The notes below the pieces were generated by a model that searched no databases, was not told the DNA's origin, and was given only the letters and a program-made list of their open reading frames with translations. A stretch of DNA of 64,000 nucleotides. Source: Felis catus (Eukaryota). The stretch spans positions 42,968,001-43,032,000 of the forward strand of contig NC_058368.1 in assembly GCF_018350175.1 (NCBI RefSeq). Direction: 5' to 3'. This document shows positions 51,772-64,000 of the stretch, piece after piece; position 1 is the first letter of the stretch; the number at the start of each line of letters is the position of its first letter. The translations under genes and the position numbers were made by a program.

Positions 51772-52075
51772 GGCAAAAGAGATACTAAGTCAACTACTAA
51801 CCTTAAAACAGGATTGACAGATTTACCTAATTTATTCCCAATATGGCATGGGGCATACTCATACTAAAATTGTATTATTCTCAGAAATTTTTCTTTCTTG
51901 TTCAGTATTATTTGTTGAGATTAATCTTCGTTCATGTGGGCAATTGTAACATTATTTTTCACTGTCATATAGGTTCCACTGAATGAATAAGCCTCAATTT
52001 TTTACACCCTTTATTGATGATAGAGAATTGAGATGTTGATCTAACCTAACAATTATTTATATTTTGAATACTTTA

Positions 52076-52296
52076 TTTTTTTTAAAGTATTTTTTAATGT
52101 TTATTTATTTTTGAGAGAGAGGGAGACAGAGCATGAGCCAGGGAGGGGCAGAGAGAGGGAGACACAGAATCCAAAGCAGGCTACAGGCTCTGAGCTGTCA
52201 GCACAGAGCCCAATGTGGGGCTCGAACCCATGAACAGTGAGATCAAGACCTGAGCTGAAGCCAGACATTTAACTGACTAAGCCACCCAGGCACCCC
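52076..52296 (-). mobile_element. Can-SINE
   Basis: Reverse SINE; TSD-like tgaatacttta / tgaatatttta. Confidence 0.93.
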
Positions 52297-52319
52297 TGAA
52301 TATTTTAAATTTAAAGGAA

Positions 52320-53163
52320 ATAGATGAAAAAGCATGTGATGTTTATAAATAAGGTTATTAAATATTATAAAGTATTGATTGTTATAATACTGACTCATAG
52401 ATTAAATTCAATCTCAATAAAACTCAAAAAAATATTCATGGGACTTGACCAAATGATTATAAACTTTCTTTGTAATTATAAGTGGTCAAAAATAATTAGA
52501 AGAATCCTGAAAAAAAAAGAAGAAGGGAACTTGCCCTATCAGGTAATGTAATTTATCATAAGGATTTTATAAAATGTTACACGATTAATGTGAACAATGT
52601 GACATTAGATTATTAATGTGAAAATAGAAATAAAACTATTGAATAGACTAAGGAATCCAGAACAGATCCATGCTCATATGCAAATATGCTACACAACCAA
52701 TTTGCTCTGCAGAACACTGGGGAAAGGATGACTATTTACTAATTAATTTTGAAAAAATTATTGTTGGGAAATAATGCTTCATGAATATTTTCATATTGCA
52801 GCACAGTCTAGTATTAAATGACAAGCATTCCTTGGAATTTAGAGATAGGGAACTGCTCAGGAGAGATTTAAAGATTCATCTCCCCTGAATCCATTGGCAT
52901 AATTTCCAAAGGACATAAACCTAGAAATCTTTCTCTCTATCTAAGGATGATTTGTCTATTTTTTAAAGCAAAATTTTCTTTTTCATTTTAGAAAGGCAAA
53001 TGTATAGATCTGACAGCTGCTCCATATAGATAGAAGCTTCATCTTTTTAGGGATCCTCTACTATGGTACAAACCCCACTTCATATGTAGGTATGTCTGAA
53101 CATCATCACATCACTCTGTGTGGGAACATGTGCTACTAAGATGCTTTGCAGGTAAATGGTGTG

Positions 53164-53207
<44 letters not shown>

Positions 53208-53430
53208 TGTCACATGTTTACTTGCAGCAGGTTAACTTGTTAACTTGCACATAGGGTAATATCTCAGATCCTTTATAGTTTCAGATACTAGTTATCCTTT
53301 AATTGAAAACAAAAAGAACTCTAGCTCATTTAGTATATAAAAATCATTTTAAGACAGATTATCACTTAAATGTGAAAAGCAAATCTCTAATGTTCTAAAA
53401 TGAATGGATTTTATTGTGTTGTGTTATGAA
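52320..53430 (+). mobile_element. Old L1M ORF2 fragment interrupted by an LTR
   Basis: ORF 52324-52551 LTHRLNSISIKL..FMGLDQMIINFL..KIIRRILKKK..GNLPY resembles L1 ORF2 (LIYRFNAIPIKIP..FTELEK..LKF). Confidence 0.65.
52762..53287 (+). mobile_element. ERVL-class solo LTR (LTR40-like) with internal (TG)n
   Basis: Starts tgttgggaaa; ends gcaggttaacttgttaacttgcacatagggtaatatctcagatcc; same terminal motifs as 55180-55693. Confidence 0.65.
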
Positions 53431-54764
53431 GGAATTTCCTTAAGTTTTGTTTTCATGGGAGTCTGACAAAATACCTGGAAGTGATATTGTCACTGAAGCA
53501 TGGTGCGTGGTGTTATGTTTCAAAATGCCATATAGTTTCAACCTTTTAGAGCTTATAATGTGTATATGAACAAGAACAATAGTTTGGACATGTATGAAAT
53601 ACCTGGAGTTTGTAACTAAAGACAAATAGAAGAACTATGAAAGTTGATGAGACAAACTGGTAGTAGGGTATAGGATATGTCAGAGCACAGAAGAAAATGG
53701 TATAGGATATATAAATCAATTGCCTGTAAATTAATATAGGCAAAATACAATGACAGCCTCAGAGTGTTTAAGGTAGTAATAACTAAATAAAGTCACAAGT
53801 AAAAGGATCCATATCTTAACAATTATTCTAACCTGTGTGATTTGCAATAATTTTTTAAACTCTTGCATTTACTTTTAGATAACCAAGTGGAATTATTACT
53901 GTGTACCTCATAGATTATATCTAAACAGTGATATAAATTCTGAAACCATCAAAATGAAGACTATGAATATAACTATATTGCTTAGGAACAATAATCTATA
54001 GTAGAGAAGAGGTAACTGAGGGGAAAAAAATGAGAATCTTCATCATTTGAAGGCCAGGAGTTTCTAGTTCATGAAGTAAAACACTTAATTTAGGTATATT
54101 ATTGAAATTGAAAATTTAATTAAAGGGAGAATAAGAAAAAATACTTACACTATCAAAAATTGGAGGGTAAAAAGTTTGAGTATTGCTCTGAGAGCAATTT
54201 TGATATATTTACTAATTATGTATTAGTTAAACAAAAGCTGAGTGACAGGCACTATTCTACCACTAAGAATACAGCAGTGAAAAAAAGAGACATAAGTTTC
54301 TGCTTTCTTGGGACTTAAACATAGTATGTGGAGATAGAGGATAACTTATAAAACAGGAAAGTTACATGTAGTCAGGTGAAAATAGACCTCAAGGTCTATA
54401 ATGGACATACCAAGTAATAGCACATAAGCCTATTATTTAAACTTGTAGGTGACATTAGCAAATAATTTATAAATGAATTATTTAAAATAGTTCACAAGGA
54501 AGAAAAAAGGGAGTGGGGAGAACTGGAGCTGGATATTATTTTATATTTTAAATACATCTGTAGTGTCAGATTTTTTTTTTACTATTTGCAAATATTTTAA
54601 GATTCTAAGAAAAATGGAAGAATGCATGATTCAGCAAAAGATGGCAAAAGAACATTAAGAAAAACTCACATGAGTATAGTATCATGGCAAGAAAGATAGA
54701 GGGAATCTTTCTGGAGTAGGAAGTGATTTTCTACTTGATTCCTCAAGAATAGTAGCCTCCTTAG

Positions 54765-54840
54765 AGAAACTATTCTCTCTCTCTCTCCTCCCTTACTCAT
54801 CTCTTTCTCTCTCTAAAATAAATAAATAAACATTAAAAAA
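54765..54840 (+). mobile_element. Can-SINE 3' fragment
   Basis: CT-rich tract plus aaaataaataaataaacattaaaaaa tail without a head. Confidence 0.7.
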
Positions 54841-55179
54841 TATTTCCCAAGTTACAATTAATCTTTCACTAGGAGTAGGTACTTTTGGATTCCCAGTTCC
54901 TTCTCTTTCACAGATAATATCATTAAATATTTCATTAATACCTTATTTCAAGATGATGAGTGATGTGGCAAGGTGTATGTATACTTACTAATTGAAAGAA
55001 ATCTAATACTATAGAAACGAAAATCACATAAGGCCATATTTTGTTTTTTTTTTTAAATAAGGCCATTGTTTTTTGTATTTTTGAAACTTAGTGCTTTAAC
55101 AACTTTGGACAATCCATGACGATGCCCAAGAAAACTTACCTAGAAGATTCAAGGAAACTGCATGGTTAAAGAAATGCCC

Positions 55180-55693
55180 TGTCAGGAGCAGAGAAGGGTG
55201 TGAGATTTTATCCTACAAGCTAACAAGTTGGCCAAGTTAGCCAACCTCGGTTTCAATGATGCTGGTGGAAGATCTGAATCACAGATCTTTCTGGATCTTT
55301 TCTGGATCACAGAAAAGAACTTTATTATAGCTAGGCAGCATCAACTTCATGTTTGCATAGTTCCTCTTGCTCCCAAGTCAATGAGATGATGCAGAAACAC
55401 AGCCAGGTGAATTCCACACATATGAGTTAGTATCAGAGCTAAGGAAACACAATTTCAGATAATTCTAATCTTTTACAGTGCCTTCTAGCAAACCTGTCTG
55501 AATTTTGACCTGAAGAGGTATTAACTTCCTTATCCTCCACAGCAAACAGATCTGTAACATGATCTTGAGGGTAAGAGTCACCCTATCTTCCAGGGCCATT
55601 AGCTCTACAAATATCCGGGACCGTTAGTGCATAGAGAAGTTATTGACTGTGCTGAAGAATTTTGAGATACACAGGGAAAACTGTTTCCCAACA
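55180..55693 (-). mobile_element. ERVL-class solo LTR (LTR40-like)
   Basis: Minus strand starts tgttgggaaacag and ends aacttgttagcttgtaggataaaatctcacacccttctctgctcctgaca (TG...CA). Confidence 0.7.
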
Positions 55694-55724
55694 AACACCT
55701 CAAGGGCTCTTGGGCCCAGCCATG

Positions 55725-55910
55725 TTTTTTTTTCTTTCTTTCTCTCCCTCCTCCCCTCTCTCTTTCCCTTCCTTCCTTCCTTCCTTCTTTCCTTCCTTCC
55801 TTCCTTCCTTCCACTTTCTCTCCTTTCCTCCCTCCCTCCTCTTTTCCTCACCTCTCCTCTCCTCTCCTCTCCCCTTCCCTTCCCTCCCTTCCCCTTCCTT
55901 TTCTTTCCTC
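55725..55910. repeat. Polypyrimidine compound microsatellite (CCTT)n/(CCTCT)n/(CCCTT)n
   Basis: Seen directly. Confidence 0.95.
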
Positions 55911-55929
55911 CCAGAAAAAATCTCAAAAA

Positions 55930-56570
55930 GTAATACAATTTGTATTTTGTATAAATACCTAGTAGTGCAATTGCTGGGTCTTAGTGTAGTACTATTTTTA
56001 ACTTTCTGAGGAACCTCCATACTGTTTTCCAAAATGGCTGCACCAGTTATACTGTTGGTGGGAATTCACACTAGTGTTTATAGAAGCACTATCAACAATA
56101 GCCAAATTATGGAAAGAGCCCTAATGTCAATCAATTGATGAATGGATAAAGAAGAGGCGATAAATATACATACAAAGGAATATTACTCAGCCATCAAAAA
56201 GAATGAAATTTTGCCATTTGCAGCTAAAGTGTATATTCTAAGCATATTAAGTCTGTAAGAGAAAGACAAATACCATATGATTTCACTCAGATGTGGAATT
56301 AAGAAACAAAGCAGATGAACATAAGGGAAGGGGGAAAATGAAAAGAAAGGAGGCAAACCATAAGAGACTCTTAACTATAGAGAACAAATTGATGGTTGAT
56401 AAAGGGTGGGGTGGGTAGGGGATGGGTTAAATGGGTGATGGGTATTAAGGAGGACACGTGCTGGGATGAGGACTGAGTGCTTTGTGTAACTGATGAATCA
56501 CTCAATTCTACTGAAACTAATGTTACACTATGTGTTAAATAACTGGAATTTAAATAAAAACTTGAAACAA
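55930..56570 (+). mobile_element. Carnivore L1 3' end with inverted 5' segment
   Basis: 55930-56048 is antisense L1 ([11 protein letters not shown] on minus); 56049-56570 is sense ORF2 end and 3'UTR up to aataaa and an A-rich tail. Confidence 0.88.
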
Positions 56571-57789
56571 GAAAAAATAAAAACCCCAAACAATAACAAC
56601 AAACTCTCTATGTGTCTATAAATCTGCATGTTTGTACTTGAGAGATTTTCCCATTTGTGTAAGTGTGAAATGCTTTCCAACTACTACATCTCTTAAATGA
56701 AAGGAGCTCTGTTTTCATTGATTTATTGGTATTAATAAGTGCTTAAGTAAATAAAATATTCCCAAATTCTCAGAGGATAAAGAAATCAAATCTGAATATG
56801 TTAAGTATACAGTATTTTAAGGAAAAACAATCCTTAGAGCAACTGCTGGCTCACAAATATTTTCAGAATCTATGTTCATAGTTAAGATAAATTTTTAGAC
56901 TTGTATAACAATTTTGTGTGTCTTAAAAATATTAAATAGCTATGTGTATTTTTCTTGAGGATAATACACATGTATATCTTATTTATTTGCTTATTTATCT
57001 TTAACAAATTTGTATTTGCTTTAAATGAAAAGTCATTCTAGTTACATTTGAGTTCCTACATATTTTATGCTAGTTATCTGATCAAGTAAGCTGATATAAA
57101 TCATAACACAATAATTATAATAGGGTTTTTACATCACTATTTTTTCTTTGTCAGCCTAAACTATTTCCAAGACTTAGTTAACTTAAAACCTTGAATTATT
57201 AAAGTGAGTTAATTAATGAATAATCGTGGATATCTGAGTAATCTCTTAGGAAAAGTGAACAATAAAACATTGATTATGAAGCATAGATTTAAACTTATGT
57301 ACTCTCTTTTCTTATTTTTAGGTGCTATAGAGTGGTTTTCTTTTTTAGTCACATTAACAAATATGTTCATTTTTACCACTTTAAAAGAGGTGTAAAGAAG
57401 AGGTTTACAACTACAGAAAGTTGTGTTAGGTATATTTTGAAGCTTTGCTAACCTGCTAAAATACTTGATTATAGCACAGTTCTAAGCTTTCTATCTCCCA
57501 CTTTTCTCTGACTTAAAAGTTAGCTATTCTGATTAAAAGTTATTCATGTGGGTAGCTTAAAGTATGTAGAAAGCAATAATGACAAAGAAATAAAACCATG
57601 CATGCAAGATAATAGAAATAATTTTAATTTTTTCAAGGGTAAATAGCTTTGTCCTAAGGGATAGATATAGATTGTCTCAGAATATGTAAGAGTATAACAA
57701 AAGACATAACTTGAGGAAGTATAGCAAGTTATAAAAGGTATGAGAAGAGTGGATATTATTTGCCTTGATTTATAAAACTTTAAAATAGT

Positions 57790-58062
57790 TTTCTATTACT
57801 ACTGTAAAAAATTATCACAAATGTGTGGCTTAAAACCTCCCAAATTTATTATCTTACAATATTGGAAGTCAGACTTCCAAATTGGGTCTCACTTGACTAG
57901 GATAAAGATGTCAGTAAGGCAGCATGCTTCCTGGGACTCTAGGAAAACCTTGTTAACTTGTATTTCTCAGCTTCTAAAGGCTATATCCTTTCCATGGCTT
58001 ATGGGCTCTTTGCAGCCAGCAATCACATCGCTCTGACCTGTGCTTCTGTAGTTACATCTCAA
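57790..58062 (-). mobile_element. MaLR LTR fragment, MLT1C-like
   Basis: ttttctattactactgtaaaaaattatcacaaatgtgtggcttaaaac..atttattatcttaca..gggtctcacttgactaggataaagatgtcagtaagg. Confidence 0.72.
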
Positions 58063-58169
58063 GAGCCTAAAAAACTCACTGTGTTAGGGCATAAGCTAGT
58101 ATTCAGGGGGCTCTTTTTTGTTGTTCTTTGTTCAGGGATCAGTCCTAAGCTTCCAGTTGTTCAAATTCT

Positions 58170-58533
58170 TTTTTTTTTTTTAATTTAAGTTAAAGTTAGC
58201 TAACATGTAGTGTAGTATTGGTTTCAGGAGTAGAATTTAGTGATTCATCACTTACATATAACACCCAGTGCTCATCCCAACAAGTGCCCTCCCTAATGCT
58301 CATCACCCATTTAGCACCTCCCCTCTAGCAACCCTGTTCTCTGTATTTAAAAGTCTTTTTTAGTTTGCCTCCCACTCTGTTTTTCTTATTTTCCCTTCCC
58401 TTCCCCTATGTTCATCTGTTTTGTTTCTTCAATTCCACACATGTGTGAAACCATATGAACTTTGTCTTTCTCTGACTGACTTATTTTGCTTAGTACATAA
58501 TTTCATTCTTTTTGATCCCCAACAATATTCCAT

Positions 58534-58580
<47 letters not shown>

Positions 58581-59349
58581 CTTCGTATCCATCCATCAGT
58601 CAATGGACATTTGGGCTCTTTCCTTAATTTGGCTATTGTTGATAGTGCTGCTATAAACATTGGGGTACATGTGCCCCTTTGAATCAACAGTTTTTTAATC
58701 CTTTGGATAAACACCTAGTAGTGCAGTTGCTGGATTGTAGGGTAGTTCTATTTTCAATTTTTTGAGGAACCTCCATACTGTTTTCAAGAGTGGCTGCACC
58801 AGTTTGCATTTACACAAACAGTGGAAAAATGTTTTCTGCATTTTGCCAATGTCTGTTGTTGCCTGAACTGTTAATTTTAGCCATTGTGACAGGTGTGAGG
58901 TGGTATCTCATTGTGGTTTTGATTTGTATTTCCCTGATGGTAAATGATGTTGAACATATTTTAATACGTCTGTTAGTCATCTAGATGTCTTCTTTGGAAA
59001 ATTGTCTACTCATGTCTCTGCCTGTTTCTTCACTGTATTATTTGTTTTTGGGGTGCTGTGTTTGATAAGTTTATAGATTTTGGATACTAACCTTTTATCT
59101 GATATGTCATTTGCAATTGTCTTCTCCCATTCTGTAGGTTGACTTTCAGTTTTAGTTGATTGTTTCCTTTGCTGTGGAGAAGCATTTATCTTGAGGAGGT
59201 TCCAATAATTCATTTTTGATTTTGTTTCCCCTACCTCTGGAGAGGTGCCTAGTAGGAAGTTGCTGCAGCTGAGGTCAAAGAGGTTGCTGCCTGTTTACTC
59301 CTCTAGGGTTTTGATGATGTTCTGTCTTTTTTTTTAATTTTTTTTTTTA

Positions 59350-59380
<31 letters not shown>

Positions 59381-59775
59381 AAGTGTGAGCTGGGGTGGGG
59401 CAGAGAGAGGGAGACACAGAATCTGAAGCAGGCTCCAGGCTCTGAGCTCTCAGCACAGAGACTGACGTGGGGCTCGAACTCATGAACTGTGAGATTGTGA
59501 CCTGAGCCGAAATCGGATGCCTAACTGACTGAGCCACCCAGGCGCCCCTGTTGGTTTCCTGTCTCACAGTTAGGTCTTTCACCCATTTTGAGTTTATTTT
59601 TGTGTGCGGTGTAAGAAAGTGGTCCAGGTTCATTCTCCTGTTTGTCACCGTCCAGCTCTCCCAGCACCATTTGTTGAAGAGACTTTTTTCCATTGGGTAT
59701 TCTTTCCTGCTTTGTTGAAGAGCACTTGGTCATACATTTGTAGGTCCATTTCTGGGTCCCCTATTCTTCTGCGAC
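58170..59775 (-). mobile_element. Carnivore LINE-1 3' end, 5'-truncated
   Basis: ORF2 C-terminal peptides ([50 protein letters not shown]); poly(T) at 58170-58181; 13-bp TSD ttgttcaaattct (58157 / 59776); (CA)n at 58537-58578. Confidence 0.95.
59326..59548 (-). mobile_element. Can-SINE nested in L1
   Basis: Reverse SINE ending gagccacccaggcgcccc, interrupting ORF2. Confidence 0.94.
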
Positions 59776-59935
59776 TTGTTCAAATTCTGAAAGCTATTTA
59801 TGGTAAAAATCTTTTCTGATCTTTTCATTGTTTCGTGTGGGGAAGAGTAAGTCCATCTTAATCCAGTGAAAGTCCCAGAATACTGTTGGCCTTATTTTTA
59901 ATGTTCTACCTTATATGGGTATATCAAGCAGCTCA

Positions 59936-60194
59936 TTTTTTTTAATATTTATTTTTGAGAGAGAGTCAGAAACAGAAAGAAACACACAGAGACAGAGAGA
60001 GGCAGAGAGACAGAGCATGAGCAGGAGAGGGGCAGAGAGAGAGAGAGAGAGAGAGAGGGAGACACAGAGTCCAATGCAGGCTCCAGGCTCTGAGCTGTCA
60101 GCATAGAGCCTGATGCAGGGCTTGAACTCACAAACAGTGAGATCATGATCTGAGCCAAAGTTGGACTTAACCGACTGAACCACCAAGGCACCCC
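59936..60194 (-). mobile_element. Can-SINE
   Basis: Reverse SINE with long GA tract. Confidence 0.92.
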
Positions 60195-63100
60195 ACTCCT
60201 TTCTTTTTTTAAAAACTATCTCTAATCCACAATTAAGTAGATTGTGCTTTTTAAAACTGAAAAGGACCATTCTAATTTCTGATTTTCACTATTTCCTCAA
60301 AAATCAAAAACAATTGTTTTGCTGAGTCTTTGTAGTTATAATGGTAATCACTTATTTGCCTCCAGTTCTGTCCTCTGTCTTATCAGAGTATAATTGGACA
60401 AATTACTAATGCAACCAAGGCTATGATTGGAATGTTACATATGAGAAAAACCTCATTTAATCAGGTATAACAAGCCCATATTAATAAATAGGGATCAACC
60501 TAATACTTGGAGCCAAATTCTAAAATATCCTCCCAAGAAATCTAACTTGTTACCTGGATTATTAAGACTTAGTCTCATATATTTAGAACTTACAGGTAAA
60601 TTTCTCAGTAAGAAATTCAATATTTAGTAACCTTAACATTTAGTTAAGTCAACATTTAGTAACCCCCCAATATTTAGGGACCTTAACAAATCTTAGAGAA
60701 TCTCAATTCAAGGGAAATTTACCCAAATATATTGATATAACAGTTGAGGTCTAATGGAGAGTGTGCATTGGGCTTGGCTCCTTAGCCTCAGGAATAAAGA
60801 GTGAGTCATAATTTGAGAGCCAATCTATGTATGATTCCTTGTGAAACTCTACACACAGAAGTTAGTTATTTGGCACTATTGGTTGCCAAAACTACTCAAG
60901 TTTGATCTACAGAACAAAGTCAGGAAGTTTTATTGAGTTAAATAACACCCTTGCTTTACCTCTGCAAATAATCAGGCCAATTCTAATAAGATCAGCTTTT
61001 TGTGAACAAGAATAATTTTTGGAGATTCTGACCACAACCAGGAGAAACTGTCAAAACAAAATAGCCACAACTTTAATATAGGTAAAAGAGATTACTAAGC
61101 ATTCTTGTAGTACAGTGCTAGGTTTATTTACTGGTGATTTTCAACTCTGTAGGGCAGTGGTTAACTTGTGGAATTTTGACTGGTAGAGATGTAAATAATT
61201 CTGTCCAGTAGAAAAGATAACCTTAAATATTATGGCATATAGATTTGTTGGACATTAATCAGTTTTGCATTTTACCCAGCTATCTATCAAATTTCGTATC
61301 TATATTATCTATTTCTACAGTTACACTTAATTGTTCTTTAACCTGGTCATAACATGTTACTGCTCCCATTATAAATAGTAAGTTAAATATCAACTTTGAC
61401 AAGTGTTTATTTTATCTTTCTTTGAAGGTCATATTTTTTAACCTTTTGAAAATAACATATTAAAAAATTCTATTGGAAAGATTCTATTATTCCTGGATTT
61501 AAAGATGAATACACTTACATATTGTTAGGCTTTGTAGCTATCTTAAGGTCACATAATTAGACAAAGTAAGGTTTGCCTACAAGCATCTGGTTCTCTAGAA
61601 TATATTCATATTCAGCATTCTATATAAATAAAGTCACTTTAGAACAATAGATCCCATTACACAATACTTCCTTAATAAAAAAATTGAGATAAAAACAAGC
61701 ATGTTTGCAAAATTTCCCTACATCTGAATGATTAGAATATTGTATACCCTCAACAGAATGTTTTAAACTCAGCCTCTAATGCAATTCTGAAAGCTATCTG
61801 CAAGAGAAATTATAAAAGAATAAATCACAGTTGATGATTAAGTCTGGTACTTGACCTCAAATAACACTCTCTCTCTATATATATATTTTTGACCATAAGG
61901 TACTCTTAAAGTAAATGTATTATTTTTAATAAACAATTTAATAAATATTATAAATTAGGCTGAATACATGTCTTTCTGCTACAGCCAATAAGATTTGAGT
62001 TTTTTTACTATCCTAAATTACACACATCTTATGTAGACAATCAATATTAATTATATCAAACATAAAGTTTCATATTTGAAATGATTCCACTTTGAATGAG
62101 GAATCATAATTTAATTATCAAATAAATAAAACATACACCTACTTAAGATACATTATACTATACAATAATTATGGCGGTCTCATACAAATATAATCATAAT
62201 ATATTCAAAATCAGACATTATAAATTTCTTCAAAGGAAAACCTAATTAACATGTTCCATTTAATGAAATTAATATTTATTAAGCCGTTTAGGTGCTATAT
62301 TTTCCATTAAAAAGAGGATATAACACTGATATTTAAAACTACATTCAGTAACAAAGCCACATAAAATTTAAATAAATGTATCTATGCATCCTCTGTTGTT
62401 TACTATCTTATGGATGAAACTACAATGATGAGCCCTTAATTTTGCATTTATTTTTTAAAAAAACAAATTGCCTTCTCTTCTAGATGAGTTGGTGGAGTTT
62501 TGGAAATTTGACAACACCCATAGAATCCACATTGCCAAAATAGTGAACACATATTACATTGATTTGCTAAATGTACTTTGAAGTAACAGTAACTTCTGAA
62601 TGGCCTCTGCAGTATATTTTCTTATTTGAAGTGAATGGGATATAGACTGTTCTTGTACTATATCACAAGAATTAGTTTCTTGGGATTAGCATAATGCAAT
62701 TCTCTGAATCCTCCTTTCCACTTTACTGTTTCTATGTGCCTGTTTGTTTATAAGAAAGCACTATCACTCACTCCGATTCATTAAAGAAATGCCTAAGCAG
62801 CATAGTTCTGCATAATTCTGAGCATCACTTTAAAAATTGTGCATTGAGAAAACTGGATCTGTGCAATTTTTTATTCAGCTTTAACACTTTATGTTGAGAC
62901 ATATACCAGATTTATTTCAGGGCTGATTTTGCCAAAATATGATCAAACTGCCATAAAAGTATATAAAAGCAGCTACACTTCTTATTAAACAGGTTCATTT
63001 TGATATGAATATTCTCTGTTATGGGCTAACAGGGAAGATATTTTGCTATTCATATTATGGAAAAATTATATCCAACTTCTATCTAGCATTTCATTGCAAA

Positions 63101-64000
63101 ATATAACTCAAAATGGGAATAGATGATGCCAACTTGAGTGGGTACCATGCCTTACCTGAATATTTTGATCATTTTGAACAATAAGGGACCAAAGTGCAAT
63201 GTACTGTTTTGAAAATTCAGAACATCACTTTGCATTGATCAATTATGTGGAACATCTTTGAACATTTACTGTTTTATACAGAGTTTATATGTGATCATGT
63301 ATCTGTTATTTAATCTGCTTTACTGTCTATCAGGTTCTCCACACATAATGTAATCTTGCATAAAGCTATAAAAATCAGATTTTAAAACTGTCCAAATATC
63401 TGTAGATTTTGTGTCTGAAGCTACACACATTTTCCGATGAAAGGCCCTTTATATTCAGTTGATAGATTGTTAGCGGACTCATGCTAGCTACTTGGAGAAG
63501 TAGTGGAGAATTTGAAAAATAATACCTTTGAGTTAGGTTCAAATTAGGATAATGTTACAATGATACTTGCTAGCCTTTTGTTCCAATATCTCTGTTGATT
63601 GCTAACCAAGAGTCCTAACTAAAAATCCAGCTTTAAACCAATCAAGGATGATTTAATTTTTGTCTCTCCTTACCTCTGATTTCAAATATTCGGTCTGGAT
63701 TTATTATTACTTTCATGATGTTCTGCTGACCTTGAGTGACTAATTCCAATATTAGCTCACGTGTGTCACAGGTTGATTACATGAGTGTGTATATTTGAGC
63801 ATACACATATATTTGTGTTTGCTAGAGCTTTTCCTCTGGAAACATTTATCACATGCAGTATATGAAAAAATATTTAACATTGGTCCTTATGTTTAATAAA
63901 TTCACCACCTAGAGTGAAAAGGGTTTATGTATCTGTGGTATGTGATGTGAATATACACACAAAATTGCAAAGAACACAACTATGAATAAAGGTTACATAA

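Larger units (their letters stand above)
56600..61080 (+). mobile_element. Possible ERV1 (MER4/MER34-group) non-coding internal sequence, interrupted by MLT1, L1 and SINEs
   Basis: AT-rich text with motifs recalled from MER4-group internals (tttcaagggtaaatagctttgtcctaa; ataatcaggccaattctaataagatcag; aaggctatgattggaatgttacatatgaga); strand and limits uncertain. Confidence 0.35.

Noticed and set aside
1..64000. CRISPR arrays, operons or prokaryotic defence systems
   Set aside because: The DNA is mammalian and has no regularly spaced repeat-spacer array.

Overview
AT-rich mammalian DNA from a feliform carnivoran, most likely a cat, judged from about 20 SINEC_Fc-type Can-SINEs and carnivore L1s. 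No host exon could be identified, so the window looks intronic or intergenic. It is dominated by retroelements: Can-SINEs, four recognisable L1 pieces, MaLR (MLT1), ERV1 and ERVL LTRs, and old MIR/MER relics. It also holds an intronless ATP5MC2 (ATP synthase c subunit P2) retrocopy at 41973-42610 (-) whose 141-codon frame is still open but whose GxGxGxG motif now reads VTVTV. The most notable object is largely missed by the ORF track: a heavily decayed, roughly 7.5-kb class III (ERV-L-related) provirus body at about 27300-34900 (-). Manual translation gives the order gag, protease, RT, RNase H, integrase, a dUTPase-like segment, and then about 1.9 kb of envelope-like sequence with an RRCR furin-type site, Trp/Cys motifs and a C-terminal hydrophobic anchor. 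Canonical ERV-L lacks env. A near-perfect 42-bp inverted repeat follows immediately. Family assignments come from motif recall, not database searches, and many boundaries are approximate.
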